Notes: generated by a model not told the origin, from the sequence alone. Counted from the first letter of the stretch, positions 44,232-54,063 are shown. The stretch: DNA of 54,919 nt from a virus (IMGVR_UViG_3300027736_000002:1-54919); one strand, 5' to 3'. Program-made: numbers and translations.

Positions 44232-47200
44232 CCCTCTTGACGAGTTCTTGCCTCCACGCTATCGGTCTGCTGGTCGTAGGCCTGAGGCCAACAACGACAG
44301 AACCGCTTCTGCTAATGCGCCATTGTCAGCGTTGAGGGGTTGGGCAGCAGGCACAGCAGGGTTAGCAGGAGATATAGAAGGCTTAGCCCGTGCAGGTATC
44401 TCCCAACTGCCGCCACAACTGCTGACAGCCTTTCCTGCACTTCGTGCATTTGGCATAGGCAGTCGCGCAGATCCCACGCCGCAAATGCCAACAACCGAGT
44501 TCTACAACGAATACCTACCCGGTGCTCAGTTGAATCAAACTCCAACAGGCAAAGCATTCACTACTTCAGGCAACTTGTTTGGCGGCACAGGAACTACGAC
44601 ACTTGCTAAGTATGGTATTAAGAGTGCAAAGGCAACGGGCCAAGCACTAGGGCCAACCGCTGTGCGGATAGGCGAGGACTATTTGCAGCGGCAAGGTTTG
44701 ATGCCCGGCGTTATTAAGCCCAAAGGTGGTAACCAATTGGCCGGTAGTTTTGAGAATTCATTGAAAGGGTTAAAAACCGACGTGCCTGCGTTTGACTTTT
44801 CTGAAGGCAGAAATATGAAACAAACGGACGCCAACTTTATCGAACAAAACTTTCCGGGAATCACTCAGGAATATTCGGACGCTTTTCGTGCTTCTGGGAT
44901 GCACTCAATGGACTACGCAAAAAAGCAAATTCCATGGTTGAAACAAAATCATCCGGAAATCATAGATTCGTTGTTGACAGGCAAAACAAAAGATCAGGCA
45001 CTCAATACCTGGATTGACAAACAACTGACCAATTATATTAAGAATGACATGGCCACCCCCGGAGACCCAATCCGGGCCTTAGCTGAGCGGGGTATAACCT
45101 ATGCTGAAATGGCGCCGCTTAATACTTATTTGAGTGACGTACTAGGTCGTCGTCGAGAATCTGTTGGCTTTCCTGCTAAGGGTTTTGGGCAATCAGAAGC
45201 AGCTCAACGTTGGGAAGCAGCTGCTGACGAGGCTATTCATAATGCCCCTGCTAGGGAACGGCTCAATACTACTATTTCAGCATCAGAAAAAAACCTATTG
45301 GAAAACCCATGGCTAGCTAAAGTTCCACCAGAGACAATGACGTATGGTGCTTACGCTAACTCGGGACAACAGCTAGGTTTTGACCACATCGTTGACGAAC
45401 TTCGTAATGCTACAGACTTAGCCAGTAGTCTGCCACCTAATTTACGTTTAAAGTCTAGTAGTTTACCACAATTAAGTGTACCTCAAGCTGTTGAGCGTGT
45501 CAGCCAGATCAATGCTTGGCGTGCTGCAGAAGCTATTAAAGCTGAAAAAGCAGGCATGATGGGCAACCTTAATGCTAATTCACGTCTTGAAGATCCAACA
45601 ACACAACTATCGTTTGTTGACAAGCCTGGAATGAAATGGGTTGACATCCCCGAGACAACCGACAAGATTGGGTTGAACCTTTGCACTACCATTGGTAAGC
45701 AAGGTGGTTGGTGTACTCAAGGCGAAGGGTTAGCTAAGAGTTATGGCTCTGGGCCAAATCGGCTTACTACTTTGATAGATGCCGATGGCCGCCCTCATGC
45801 ACAAGCAAAGATTACATCTATCCCCTATTCCGGGGACATCATGGATGACGTTGACGACATAATGCAAACAATGTCTGCAGCAGAACAGCGCAAATTCAAT
45901 AGGTATATAGGCTCTAACGAATTTGCACCGCATGGTGACGTTGACACGGAAGAAGTATTGGCATGGTTGCAAAGCAATATGCCTAAATCTTACAAGCGCT
46001 ACCTTGCATCAATCAGCGGCCCATCCAATATCACAGAGATTAAACCTGTTAGCAATGACTTCTCCAGTGCCCGTGCACTGGAGTACAAGAGTCGCGACCC
46101 ACAGTATCAGAACAAGATCACAGACTCAACGTTAAAGTTCCTTAACTCTAGTGAATGGGGTACGGTAACCGATTTGGACCACTTCAACATTGTTGATTTA
46201 AAGGATACCCATAGCGTTCAGAGGGCTTTAAGAGAAGTTTTAGATAGGGACTTGCCAAAAGATCGGATTGACAAGTTTAACTACGCGGTCAATTTTAATC
46301 CTGAAGCAAATCGGTTTATGTCAACCAGACAATTTTCTGATTTTCTTGAGCCGCCAGAAGGCTTTGCCAAGGGCGGCGCAGTCCACTTTGACGAAGGCGG
46401 TGCAGCCTTTGGCGTATTCCCGCAGATGAAGCCACGCCGGGCACTGCAAGACCGTGAGGCTGCGGCCAATGCACCACTATCTGCACTCCGAGGCTACGCA
46501 GCGGGTACTGCCGGATTGCCAGGAGACATTGAGGGGTTGGCCCGTGCAGGCATCTCTCAACTGCCGCCGCAAGTGTTGGCAGCTTTCCCTGCACTACGTG
46601 CATTTGGCATAGGCAGCCGTGCAGACCCTACTCCACAGCTACCAACCACTGAGTTCTATAACGAGTATCTGCCGGGTGCTCAGTTGAATCAAACTCCAAC
46701 AGGTAAAGCATTTACCGCTGCAGGCAACTTGCTTGGCGGTGCAGGCTCCACGACACTTGCTCGGTATGGCATCAAGAGTGCAAAGGCAACGGCCAAAGCA
46801 ATTGCTGAAGCTGCCCCCGGACCTGCTTCTGGCAGCCGTGCAGCCCAACTTGGTGTCATCAAAATGCCTGGCGGCAACTGGTTGTCCGGCTCGGTGGAAG
46901 AATCTGTGAGTCCAATGAAACGGCGTGGAACTCCTTCAATTGCATTTAGCCAAGAAGAAGCTGATGACTTTATTGCAAGAGGTTTTGTTAGAGATAAGTC
47001 AGGAGGAGATGGTTATTATTTACCGCCTGACCCGGTCAACAACTTCATTGACAAGAAGATTGCACCGTACATCCGCGATGAAATGGCCACACCTAATGAT
47101 CCGTTGCGAGCAATGGCTGAGAAGTATGCTGTGGACAAACCAGTTAGGCTGGCTGAGGTGCAAGGTCGGATTGATGCCTTTGCTGCCAAGATGGAACAAA

Positions 47201-48591
47201 CGGCTAGAAAGCGTGGCGTGCCTGTTGAGATGCTGACCTCAATGCGCCAGCAGATGATTGGCCTAGAGAAAGAGAGAGACCTGTTGCAAGTTAGGGAGGC
47301 ACTTCATGCAGAAATTTTACCAACCACATACGACATGGGACGTAAACGCAAAGAGAGAGGTTTCCCAGAAGAGGGTATGGGTGTATCTCCACAAGCCAAG
47401 GCATGGGAAAGCAAGTCTGACTCATTTATCAATAGCCTTAAAGCATCTGACCTGACCACCGGGGACTACCAAGGGGTTCAAATAAAAAATCCTTGGCTTT
47501 TTAAAGTTCCTTCGGAAACACCAGTTTATAACTTATATAACGGTTTAAATAGTGACCTTGGCTTTGACCACCTCGTTGATGAACTTCGCAATGCCACTAA
47601 TCCTGCATCTGGTTTGCCTAAAAACTTGCTCATTGACCCTGCCGACTTAGGCAAGCTCACAATGACTCAAGCGGTTGACCGTGTGGCTGACATCAATGCT
47701 TGGCGTGCCACACAGAAGATAGAAGCCAACCAATTGATTGCCAACAATGCAGCTACATTCCTGCACAAAGAGTATCCAACTATTCCCGGATTAGATACCC
47801 CTAATAAGCTTGGTTTAAAGTGGGTGCAAATTAGACATGACCCAACTCTTGATATTTTACCTAAAAGTCTTAAAGGTAAACAAGAAGGTGACGAATACGT
47901 TATTCGAAATTCTAAAGGTGAATTGCTGGTTTCGCACGACAATTATACTTACGCTTTTGATGATCTTAGGGAAAATTATCCTCAGTATTTTAAGAATGAC
48001 CCGCTTAAAAAGGCCTTAAAGTATGAAGGCGACGTCATGGGCCACTCTGTCGGCGGGTATGGCATTCAAGGTAACTATGGCGCAGGAGGCATAACCGCCA
48101 TTCGAGAAGGTGAAGCTAGCATTTATTCACTACGTGATGCAAAAGGTCAACCACAGGTGACAATTGAAACTAGACCTGGGTACACCACCTTTGACGCATG
48201 GAAACGTGATGATAAGTCTGGACCTGAAAGAATCATTCAAATCAAAGGCTTCAGGAACAAAAAACCTGCTGATGAGTACCTACCATTCGTGCAGGACTTT
48301 GTCAAGAGTGGCAATTGGTCTGAAGTTAATGACTTGGCGAATGCAGGGCTACATGATGCCCGCGCTGCTGGTAAGGCTATAGAAGGCCGACCCGCGTTCA
48401 TGACTGATGAGGAGCTCGAGGCATTTAAAGCTGAGTTTGCTCCTAAACCCGAAGGCATGGCCCACGGCGGCTTAGTCTCAACCAATTTTGACCCAATTAA
48501 AATTCAACAAATCATTGCTGGCTTAGATGATGAGTATGATCCTGAACGCATCCAGCAAATAGTTGCGCAACGTGAAAGTGCATATGCCTAA
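44221..48591 (+). CDS. Large internally duplicated protein with PcfJ-like C-terminal domain
   Basis: 1456 aa in two homologous halves; LKYEGDVMGHSVGGY...IYSLRD...VTIE...QIKG PcfJ-like motif. Confidence 0.7.
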   Translation: MPLDPLDEFLPPRYRSAGRRPEANNDRTASANAPLSALRGWAAGTAGLAGDIEGLARAGISQLPPQLLTAFPALRAFGIGSRADPTPQMPTTEFYNEYLPGAQLNQTPTGKAFTTSGNLFGGTGTTTLAKYGIKSAKATGQALGPTAVRIGEDYLQRQGLMPGVIKPKGGNQLAGSFENSLKGLKTDVPAFDFSEGRNMKQTDANFIEQNFPGITQEYSDAFRASGMHSMDYAKKQIPWLKQNHPEIIDSLLTGKTKDQALNTWIDKQLTNYIKNDMATPGDPIRALAERGITYAEMAPLNTYLSDVLGRRRESVGFPAKGFGQSEAAQRWEAAADEAIHNAPARERLNTTISASEKNLLENPWLAKVPPETMTYGAYANSGQQLGFDHIVDELRNATDLASSLPPNLRLKSSSLPQLSVPQAVERVSQINAWRAAEAIKAEKAGMMGNLNANSRLEDPTTQLSFVDKPGMKWVDIPETTDKIGLNLCTTIGKQGGWCTQGEGLAKSYGSGPNRLTTLIDADGRPHAQAKITSIPYSGDIMDDVDDIMQTMSAAEQRKFNRYIGSNEFAPHGDVDTEEVLAWLQSNMPKSYKRYLASISGPSNITEIKPVSNDFSSARALEYKSRDPQYQNKITDSTLKFLNSSEWGTVTDLDHFNIVDLKDTHSVQRALREVLDRDLPKDRIDKFNYAVNFNPEANRFMSTRQFSDFLEPPEGFAKGGAVHFDEGGAAFGVFPQMKPRRALQDREAAANAPLSALRGYAAGTAGLPGDIEGLARAGISQLPPQVLAAFPALRAFGIGSRADPTPQLPTTEFYNEYLPGAQLNQTPTGKAFTAAGNLLGGAGSTTLARYGIKSAKATAKAIAEAAPGPASGSRAAQLGVIKMPGGNWLSGSVEESVSPMKRRGTPSIAFSQEEADDFIARGFVRDKSGGDGYYLPPDPVNNFIDKKIAPYIRDEMATPNDPLRAMAEKYAVDKPVRLAEVQGRIDAFAAKMEQTARKRGVPVEMLTSMRQQMIGLEKERDLLQVREALHAEILPTTYDMGRKRKERGFPEEGMGVSPQAKAWESKSDSFINSLKASDLTTGDYQGVQIKNPWLFKVPSETPVYNLYNGLNSDLGFDHLVDELRNATNPASGLPKNLLIDPADLGKLTMTQAVDRVADINAWRATQKIEANQLIANNAATFLHKEYPTIPGLDTPNKLGLKWVQIRHDPTLDILPKSLKGKQEGDEYVIRNSKGELLVSHDNYTYAFDDLRENYPQYFKNDPLKKALKYEGDVMGHSVGGYGIQGNYGAGGITAIREGEASIYSLRDAKGQPQVTIETRPGYTTFDAWKRDDKSGPERIIQIKGFRNKKPADEYLPFVQDFVKSGNWSEVNDLANAGLHDARAAGKAIEGRPAFMTDEELEAFKAEFAPKPEGMAHGGLVSTNFDPIKIQQIIAGLDDEYDPERIQQIVAQRESAYA
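44311..46793 (+). repeat. Direct repeat pair of about 330 bp (44311-44640 and 46465-46793)
   Basis: Both encode ANAPLSALRG...PTTEFYNEYLPGAQLNQTPTGKAFT...YGIKSAKAT, mostly with synonymous differences. Confidence 0.9.
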
Positions 48592-51172
48592 AAATACAGA
48601 CCTGACCATTGAAGAAGACGAAATCGTTGAGGTAGATGATGACGAGTCAGACACCGAGGATACTGATGACGGCGGCGCAATGGTCAAACTCAAGAACGAG
48701 GACGACCAACGCCAAAAGCAAGCGCACTTTGCCAACATTGTTGACGAGGTTGACCAAGCCGACTTGCAAGACGCCGTCACCGACCTGCTAGACAAGGTTG
48801 CCAAGGACAAAGACGCACGGCAGAAGCGAGACAAGCTCTACGAGGAAGGCTTGCGCCGTACTGGCTTAGGTGACGATGCACCGGGCGGTGCGCAGTTCAC
48901 CGGCTCAACAAAGGTTGTCCACCCCATGCTGGTGGAAGCCTGCGTGGACTTCTCTAGCCGAGTGATGAAGGAGATCTTCCCTCCTGGCGGCCCAGTCAAG
49001 AGCAAGATCCTAGGCGAGAAGGAGAAGGACAAGGTCGCCAAGGCCGAGCGCAAGACTGACTACATGAACTGGCAGGCTACTGAGCAGATGGTTGAGTTCC
49101 GTGGTGAGTTAGAGCAGCTCAGTACCCAACTGCCCTTGGGCGGTGCTCAGTACCTCAAAATGATGTGGAGCGCCCAATACCTGCGCCCTTGCGCTGAGTT
49201 CATCCCCATCGATGATGTGTATTTGCCCTTTGCGGCTACCAACTTCTACAGCGCTGAGCGCAAGACCCACGTCCAGTATGTGACTAAGATGGAGTACCAG
49301 CGTCGGGTCAAATGTGAGATGTACATTGACGTTGACCTTGGTTCGCCAGAAGTGCCTGACTTCAGCAAGGCGTCGATTGCCAATGACAAAATTGAAGGGC
49401 GCAAGGACACCTCCTACAATGAAGACGGTCTGCGCACCATTTTCGAGATCTACACCCACTTAGACTTTGGTGATGGGGTTGAGCCGTACATCATCAGCAT
49501 TGACAAGACCAGCAGCAAGGCCGTGGCGCTGTACCGCAACTGGGAACCTGAAGACGAGCGCCGTGTAGAACTTGACTGGATTGTGGAATTCCCCTTTGTG
49601 CCATGGCGGGGTGCTTACCCCATCGGCCTGACCCACATGATTGGCGGCTTGTCAGGGGCAGCTACAGGTGCCTTACGCGCCCTGCTGGACTCCGCCCACA
49701 TTCAGAACATCCCAACCCTGCTCAAGCTAAAAGGCGGTCCTGGTGGCCAGACGCTCAACGTCCAACCCACCGAGGTTGTGGAACTTGAAGGCGGAGCGCT
49801 CATCGATGATGTGCGCAAACTGGCCATGCCGCTGCCGTTCAATGGTCCTAGCCCTGTACTGTTTCAGCTACTAGGCTTTGTGGTTGACGCAGGCAAGGGC
49901 GTTGTGCAGACCAGCTTTGAGAAGCTGAGCGATGCCAACCAAGCACAGCCGGTTGGTACCACGATGGCCCTGATTGAGCAGGGTATGGTGGTCTTCTCTA
50001 GCATTCACTCGCGCATCCATAGCTCAATGAGCCGTGTGTTTAAGATTCTGCACCGGATCAACAGCGCCTACCTGACCATTGAAGACATTGAAGCGCAGGC
50101 ATCTGGTTTGGATGTCAAGCCAGAAGACTTTGACGGTCCAATGGACGTTGTGCCGGTAAGTGACCCAGCAATCTTCAGCGAGACGCAACGCTTTGCTCAG
50201 ACTCAAGCGCTCATGCAACGCTCGGCCACCATGCCGCAGATGTATGACCAGCGCAAAATTGAGCAATTGTTTTTGCGCACGCTGAAGATCAGCGCTGACG
50301 ATGTACTACAACCCGCGCCAGGCACCGAGGACATTGACCCGGTGAGCGAGAACGTGGCTGCAGTTATGGGAACTCCTGTTTATGTTCTGCCGCAGCAAGA
50401 CCACATTGCTCACCTCAAAACACACTTGGCGTTTCTGAAGTCGCCGCTGTTTGGCCAGAACCCGGCCATCGTTAAAACCTACATGTTCCCGATGGCCACT
50501 CACCTGCGCGACCACTTGCTGAACTACTATCTGACTGAGGCTCATGAGGCAGTGGACGTTGCGCAGAAGAAGGACTTGATTGAGAAAGAAGCAGAGCAAC
50601 AGGTCAAGGTGATTCTCAAGGTGCAAGAAATCATTGAGCAACAGCTTAGCGGCTTTGCCCAAGAGTTGGCACAGATTGACCAAGCTGCTCAGCAGTTTAA
50701 ACCTCAACCGCCTATGCCGCCAGACAGCAGCATGCAAGTAGCACAACTCAATGCGCAGTTGCAAGGCCAAGCACTACAGCAACGCACACAACTTGATCAG
50801 GCAAAAATGCAGCAAACCGCTCAACTTGAGCAAGCAAAAATGCAGCAAACCGCTCAACTTGAGCAAGCAAAAATGCAGCAAGCTATACAGGCTGAACAAG
50901 TTAATATGCAACTTGAGCAAGCTAAGCTACAACTTGAGCAAGTCAAAGTGCAGCAAGATGCACAGCAAAATGCACAAAAGATGGCAGAAGACGCTCAGCA
51001 AACAATCCTCAAAGAGCAATCAGCGAACGAGCGCACAAAGATCGAACTGCAAACCCGCTATCAAATGAACACCGACGACAACAACACAGCCCTACGCTTA
51101 GCTGCAACCGAGTTAGCTACGGGCGAGAAGTTTGCCGTCTCAACAGGTACAGGCGTCAATCCCGGCACTTGA
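48584..51172 (+). CDS. Portal protein
   Basis: About 860 aa; VVHPMLVEACVDF, PVKSKILG, GLTHMIGGL, PVGTTMALIEQG, Q-rich coiled-coil barrel; follows TerL. Confidence 0.85.
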   Translation: MPKNTDLTIEEDEIVEVDDDESDTEDTDDGGAMVKLKNEDDQRQKQAHFANIVDEVDQADLQDAVTDLLDKVAKDKDARQKRDKLYEEGLRRTGLGDDAPGGAQFTGSTKVVHPMLVEACVDFSSRVMKEIFPPGGPVKSKILGEKEKDKVAKAERKTDYMNWQATEQMVEFRGELEQLSTQLPLGGAQYLKMMWSAQYLRPCAEFIPIDDVYLPFAATNFYSAERKTHVQYVTKMEYQRRVKCEMYIDVDLGSPEVPDFSKASIANDKIEGRKDTSYNEDGLRTIFEIYTHLDFGDGVEPYIISIDKTSSKAVALYRNWEPEDERRVELDWIVEFPFVPWRGAYPIGLTHMIGGLSGAATGALRALLDSAHIQNIPTLLKLKGGPGGQTLNVQPTEVVELEGGALIDDVRKLAMPLPFNGPSPVLFQLLGFVVDAGKGVVQTSFEKLSDANQAQPVGTTMALIEQGMVVFSSIHSRIHSSMSRVFKILHRINSAYLTIEDIEAQASGLDVKPEDFDGPMDVVPVSDPAIFSETQRFAQTQALMQRSATMPQMYDQRKIEQLFLRTLKISADDVLQPAPGTEDIDPVSENVAAVMGTPVYVLPQQDHIAHLKTHLAFLKSPLFGQNPAIVKTYMFPMATHLRDHLLNYYLTEAHEAVDVAQKKDLIEKEAEQQVKVILKVQEIIEQQLSGFAQELAQIDQAAQQFKPQPPMPPDSSMQVAQLNAQLQGQALQQRTQLDQAKMQQTAQLEQAKMQQTAQLEQAKMQQAIQAEQVNMQLEQAKLQLEQVKVQQDAQQNAQKMAEDAQQTILKEQSANERTKIELQTRYQMNTDDNNTALRLAATELATGEKFAVSTGTGVNPGT
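50789..50881 (+). repeat. Three 33-bp tandem repeats (QL(D/E)QAKMQQTA) in the portal C-terminus
   Basis: CAACTTGAGCAAGCAAAAATGCAGCAAACCGCT units. Confidence 0.9.
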
Positions 51173-51190
51173 CACACAGGAGAAACCACG

Positions 51191-51319
51191 ATGAACAATA
51201 CCCCCGCAGTCCCAATGAATAACGGCGCGGTCAAGCAACACCACCGCATGGCGGCAGGAGAGCCCGTAACTGGCCAGACCCTGCCCGCAGCGCCCGCAAT
51301 GCCAAAGACGCCTGCGTGA
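51191..51319 (+). CDS. Small hypothetical protein (42 aa), not in the ORF track
   Basis: AGGAG RBS; MNNTPAVPMNNGAVKQHHRMAAGEPV... Confidence 0.6.
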   Translation: MNNTPAVPMNNGAVKQHHRMAAGEPVTGQTLPAAPAMPKTPA

Positions 51320-51513
51320 GAATAGAAGACGTTTTGTTGCATCGGCTAAAAGCCGCGCAAGCAAGTTTTGCGCTTGAATCACTCAAGCGTCCTCAAAACC
51401 GCGATGCCTTTGAGTACGGCTATCGCGTGGGCGTTGTATCAGGTTACGACGCAGCGTTAGATGTACTTTTTACCATTTTGGAAGAGGAGAAAAACAGTGG
51501 CAATGACTTATGA
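51316..51513 (+). CDS. Hypothetical protein (65 aa)
   Basis: GTGA overlap; FEYGYRVGVVSG. Confidence 0.65.
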   Translation: MRIEDVLLHRLKAAQASFALESLKRPQNRDAFEYGYRVGVVSGYDAALDVLFTILEEEKNSGNDL

Positions 51514-51904
51514 GGACGCAATGGCAGAGGCTTTTCCGGCTGCAGAAGCCGGCATTCAGCCTTTTGGGAGCCGTGTTCTGGTACAAATTCGCAGTCCCAA
51601 ACAACGCACCGCTTCGGGCATAATTTTAGATGTGGGCTCCCGAGACACTGAAAAGTGGAATACTCAGGTAGCCAAAGTCATCTCAATTGGCCCCTTGGCA
51701 TTCAAGAATCGCAACACGATGGCCAGTTGGCCCGAGGGTTCTTGGTGCGAGGAGGGTGAGTATGTGCGAGTTGCCAAGTATGGTGGCGATAGGTGGGAGG
51801 TTCCCATGTCAAACGGCGAATCGGCGCTGTTTGTAATCTTTAACGACTTGGACATCATCGGGCGAGTTAACGTCGATCCGCTGTCCATTCGTGCATTCAT
51901 CTGA
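51503..51904 (+). CDS. groES: GroES-like co-chaperonin
   Basis: IQPFGSRVLVQ, TASGIIL, AKVISIGP, VAKYGG, NDLDIIG. Confidence 0.88.
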   Translation: MTYEDAMAEAFPAAEAGIQPFGSRVLVQIRSPKQRTASGIILDVGSRDTEKWNTQVAKVISIGPLAFKNRNTMASWPEGSWCEEGEYVRVAKYGGDRWEVPMSNGESALFVIFNDLDIIGRVNVDPLSIRAFI

Positions 51905-51917
51905 AAGGAGATGAGAA

Positions 51918-52829
51918 ATGGCTGAAACCCTGAACGAGAACGACGAGGACAAAAAGCCTCTAGAAGACCTTGTCATTTTGGAAGACAAACCGCCTCAAGA
52001 CGATGAGGATGATGATCGAATTAAGGCTGACGAAGACAGCGGCACTGACTCTGAGCGGGAAGCAATCCGTGAACGGCGTCGGTTAGAGAAAGTTGAGCGC
52101 CGTGACCGCAAAGACAAGGCAATCACTCGCGACAAAACAGAACTAGACTTCCTGCGCAAGCGCAATGACGAGCTAGAACGTCGCATGGGGGCGCAGGAGC
52201 AGCGCGCTCACCAGACGGACTTGCAGAACATTGACGCGCACATCCGTCGTGCGCAAGAAGAGGCTGAAATGTCAGACCGGGTCATCGCTAAAGCCATTGA
52301 GTCAAGCAACGGTGCTGACGTGGCGCAGGCGTTGAAGTACCGAGACCAGGCGTTGGCCAAAATCAATCAACTCCATGCTATTAAAGCGCAGGCTTCACAA
52401 GCGCCGGTAAAGCCGCAACAGCAAGTTGATGAAGCTACCCTGAACCACGCCAGGGACTTCATGGCTGACCACCCTTGGTATGACGTCAATGGGCGTGACG
52501 AGGATAGCGCAATTGTTCTAGCAATTGACCAATCGCTAAATAGGGACGGCTACGACTCTAAGTCTGACGAATATTGGGCAGAACTCAAACGTCGTGCCGC
52601 TCGCCGCCTGCCGGAGCGGTTTAAGACCGAAACACGGGTTGCACGAGGCGGTCCTGTCGTTGGTTCTGGCCGAGAACACGCGCCAACCTCAACTCGCAAT
52701 GAAGTCTACATCAATCCAGAACGAAAGCAAGCTCTGATTGAGGCAGGGGTGTGGGATGACCCTATTTTGCGCAAGAAATACGCTGCTCGATACGCAGAAT
52801 ACGACCGCAATCAACGCAATCAAGCATAA
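51918..52829 (+). CDS. Capsid scaffolding protein (putative)
   Basis: 303 aa; acidic N-terminus, long coiled coil, HPWY motif; lies between portal and capsid. Confidence 0.65.
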   Translation: MAETLNENDEDKKPLEDLVILEDKPPQDDEDDDRIKADEDSGTDSEREAIRERRRLEKVERRDRKDKAITRDKTELDFLRKRNDELERRMGAQEQRAHQTDLQNIDAHIRRAQEEAEMSDRVIAKAIESSNGADVAQALKYRDQALAKINQLHAIKAQASQAPVKPQQQVDEATLNHARDFMADHPWYDVNGRDEDSAIVLAIDQSLNRDGYDSKSDEYWAELKRRAARRLPERFKTETRVARGGPVVGSGREHAPTSTRNEVYINPERKQALIEAGVWDDPILRKKYAARYAEYDRNQRNQA

Positions 52830-52840
52830 AAAACTTTATT

Positions 52841-52861
52841 TTTCAAAAATTGAGGTATAAT
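52841..52861 (+). promoter_or_regulatory. Putative late promoter for the capsid operon
   Basis: TTTCAAAAATTGAGG-TATAAT with an AT-rich upstream tract. Confidence 0.55.
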
Positions 52862-52890
52862 CCTCAACAATCGCTGAAAGGAGCGAGAAT

Positions 52891-53421
52891 ATGTCCGACG
52901 AACGCTTAAAGAAATCCGCTGGTGACAATCGCGAGCAACGCGCTGTGCAAGACCGCACGGCGACTGAGAATCGTGAGTTGTCCGATGATGAGCGAGTTGA
53001 AATGTTCCGTCAACAGTTTTTCCAGTCCTCGTTACCTGACTTACCAAAGCTGCCCGGCTGGCATCCTTGCTGGCTAACAACGACGAACCCACGTGACTCT
53101 ATCCAAACTCGTATCCGCTTGGGCTATCAGCCCATCAAGCCAGAAGATGTTCCTGGCTGGGAATACGCCACCCTTAAAACAGGTGATTGGTCCGGATTCA
53201 TTGGGGTCAATGAGATGCTTGCGTTTAAGTTGCCCATGAGTTTGTACGAAAAGTACATGCGCGAAGCCCATCACGATGCCCCTCTGCGCGAAGAGGAAAA
53301 GCTCACCGATACGGCTGACTTCCTTGAGCAACAAGCACGATCATCTAAATCGAAGTTGACGCTGGGCGATGGTAATACAGAATTGGGACAAAAGCGGCAA
53401 GCTCAGTTTGATCTTGCTTGA
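52891..53421 (+). CDS. Conserved head-module protein
   Basis: 176 aa; LPGWHPCWL, RIRLGYQPIK, IGVNEMLAFKLP; AAGGAG RBS. Confidence 0.7.
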   Translation: MSDERLKKSAGDNREQRAVQDRTATENRELSDDERVEMFRQQFFQSSLPDLPKLPGWHPCWLTTTNPRDSIQTRIRLGYQPIKPEDVPGWEYATLKTGDWSGFIGVNEMLAFKLPMSLYEKYMREAHHDAPLREEEKLTDTADFLEQQARSSKSKLTLGDGNTELGQKRQAQFDLA

Positions 53422-53450
53422 CAGACTTTTAACCCCTTAGGAGAAAGCTA

Positions 53451-54050
53451 ATGTCCTCGACTAGCGCACCCTTTGGTTTTAGGGCAAGTTTCCACAACAG
53501 TGGACAGATGCGCCCTAAAGCCTACACAATCGCCAGCACTTACGCTGCCAACATTTTCGAGGGAGACCCCGTAAAGTTGGTGGATGCAGGTACTGTTCAA
53601 CTCGGCACATCTGACGGCACTCGCTCAGGAACTGTTGCTGGTATTTTGCTGCTCGGCATCTTTGCCGGCTGCCAATATACCGATGCATTGGGCAAGCCAA
53701 CCCTATCATCGTACTGGCCTTCTGGAGTAACCGCAACGGATATTACGGCTTGGGTCTATGACGATCCGGAAACTCTGTTCAACGTGCAGTACTCTAATCC
53801 GGGTACACCTGGCACCACGACTATGCAAACTGCCGTTGGTGAACAGATGGATTGGGTTGTGGCCTCGCCTGGCGGTTCCACCTCAACAGGGTTGTCAAAC
53901 ACCCAAATCGGCGTCATCGAAACCACATCTGGTCAATTCCAGTTGACTGGCTTTGCGGGCGAAATCAACGACTCCATAACAGACGCATACATTGTAGCCA
54001 TTGTTCGTATCAACGAGCATATCTACAAAGCTGCTGTTAACTCAATCTAA
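53451..54050 (+). CDS. Capsid decoration / minor capsid protein
   Basis: 199 aa; APFGFR, NIFEGDPV, GIFAGCQY, VYDDPETLFNVQ; directly before the capsid gene. Confidence 0.65.
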   Translation: MSSTSAPFGFRASFHNSGQMRPKAYTIASTYAANIFEGDPVKLVDAGTVQLGTSDGTRSGTVAGILLLGIFAGCQYTDALGKPTLSSYWPSGVTATDITAWVYDDPETLFNVQYSNPGTPGTTTMQTAVGEQMDWVVASPGGSTSTGLSNTQIGVIETTSGQFQLTGFAGEINDSITDAYIVAIVRINEHIYKAAVNSI

Positions 54051-54063
54051 GGAGGGCTGACAA

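Noticed and set aside
44311-46793. Repeat pair as template/variable repeats of a diversity-generating retroelement
   Set aside because: No reverse transcriptase is present, both copies are coding, and differences are mostly synonymous rather than adenine-specific
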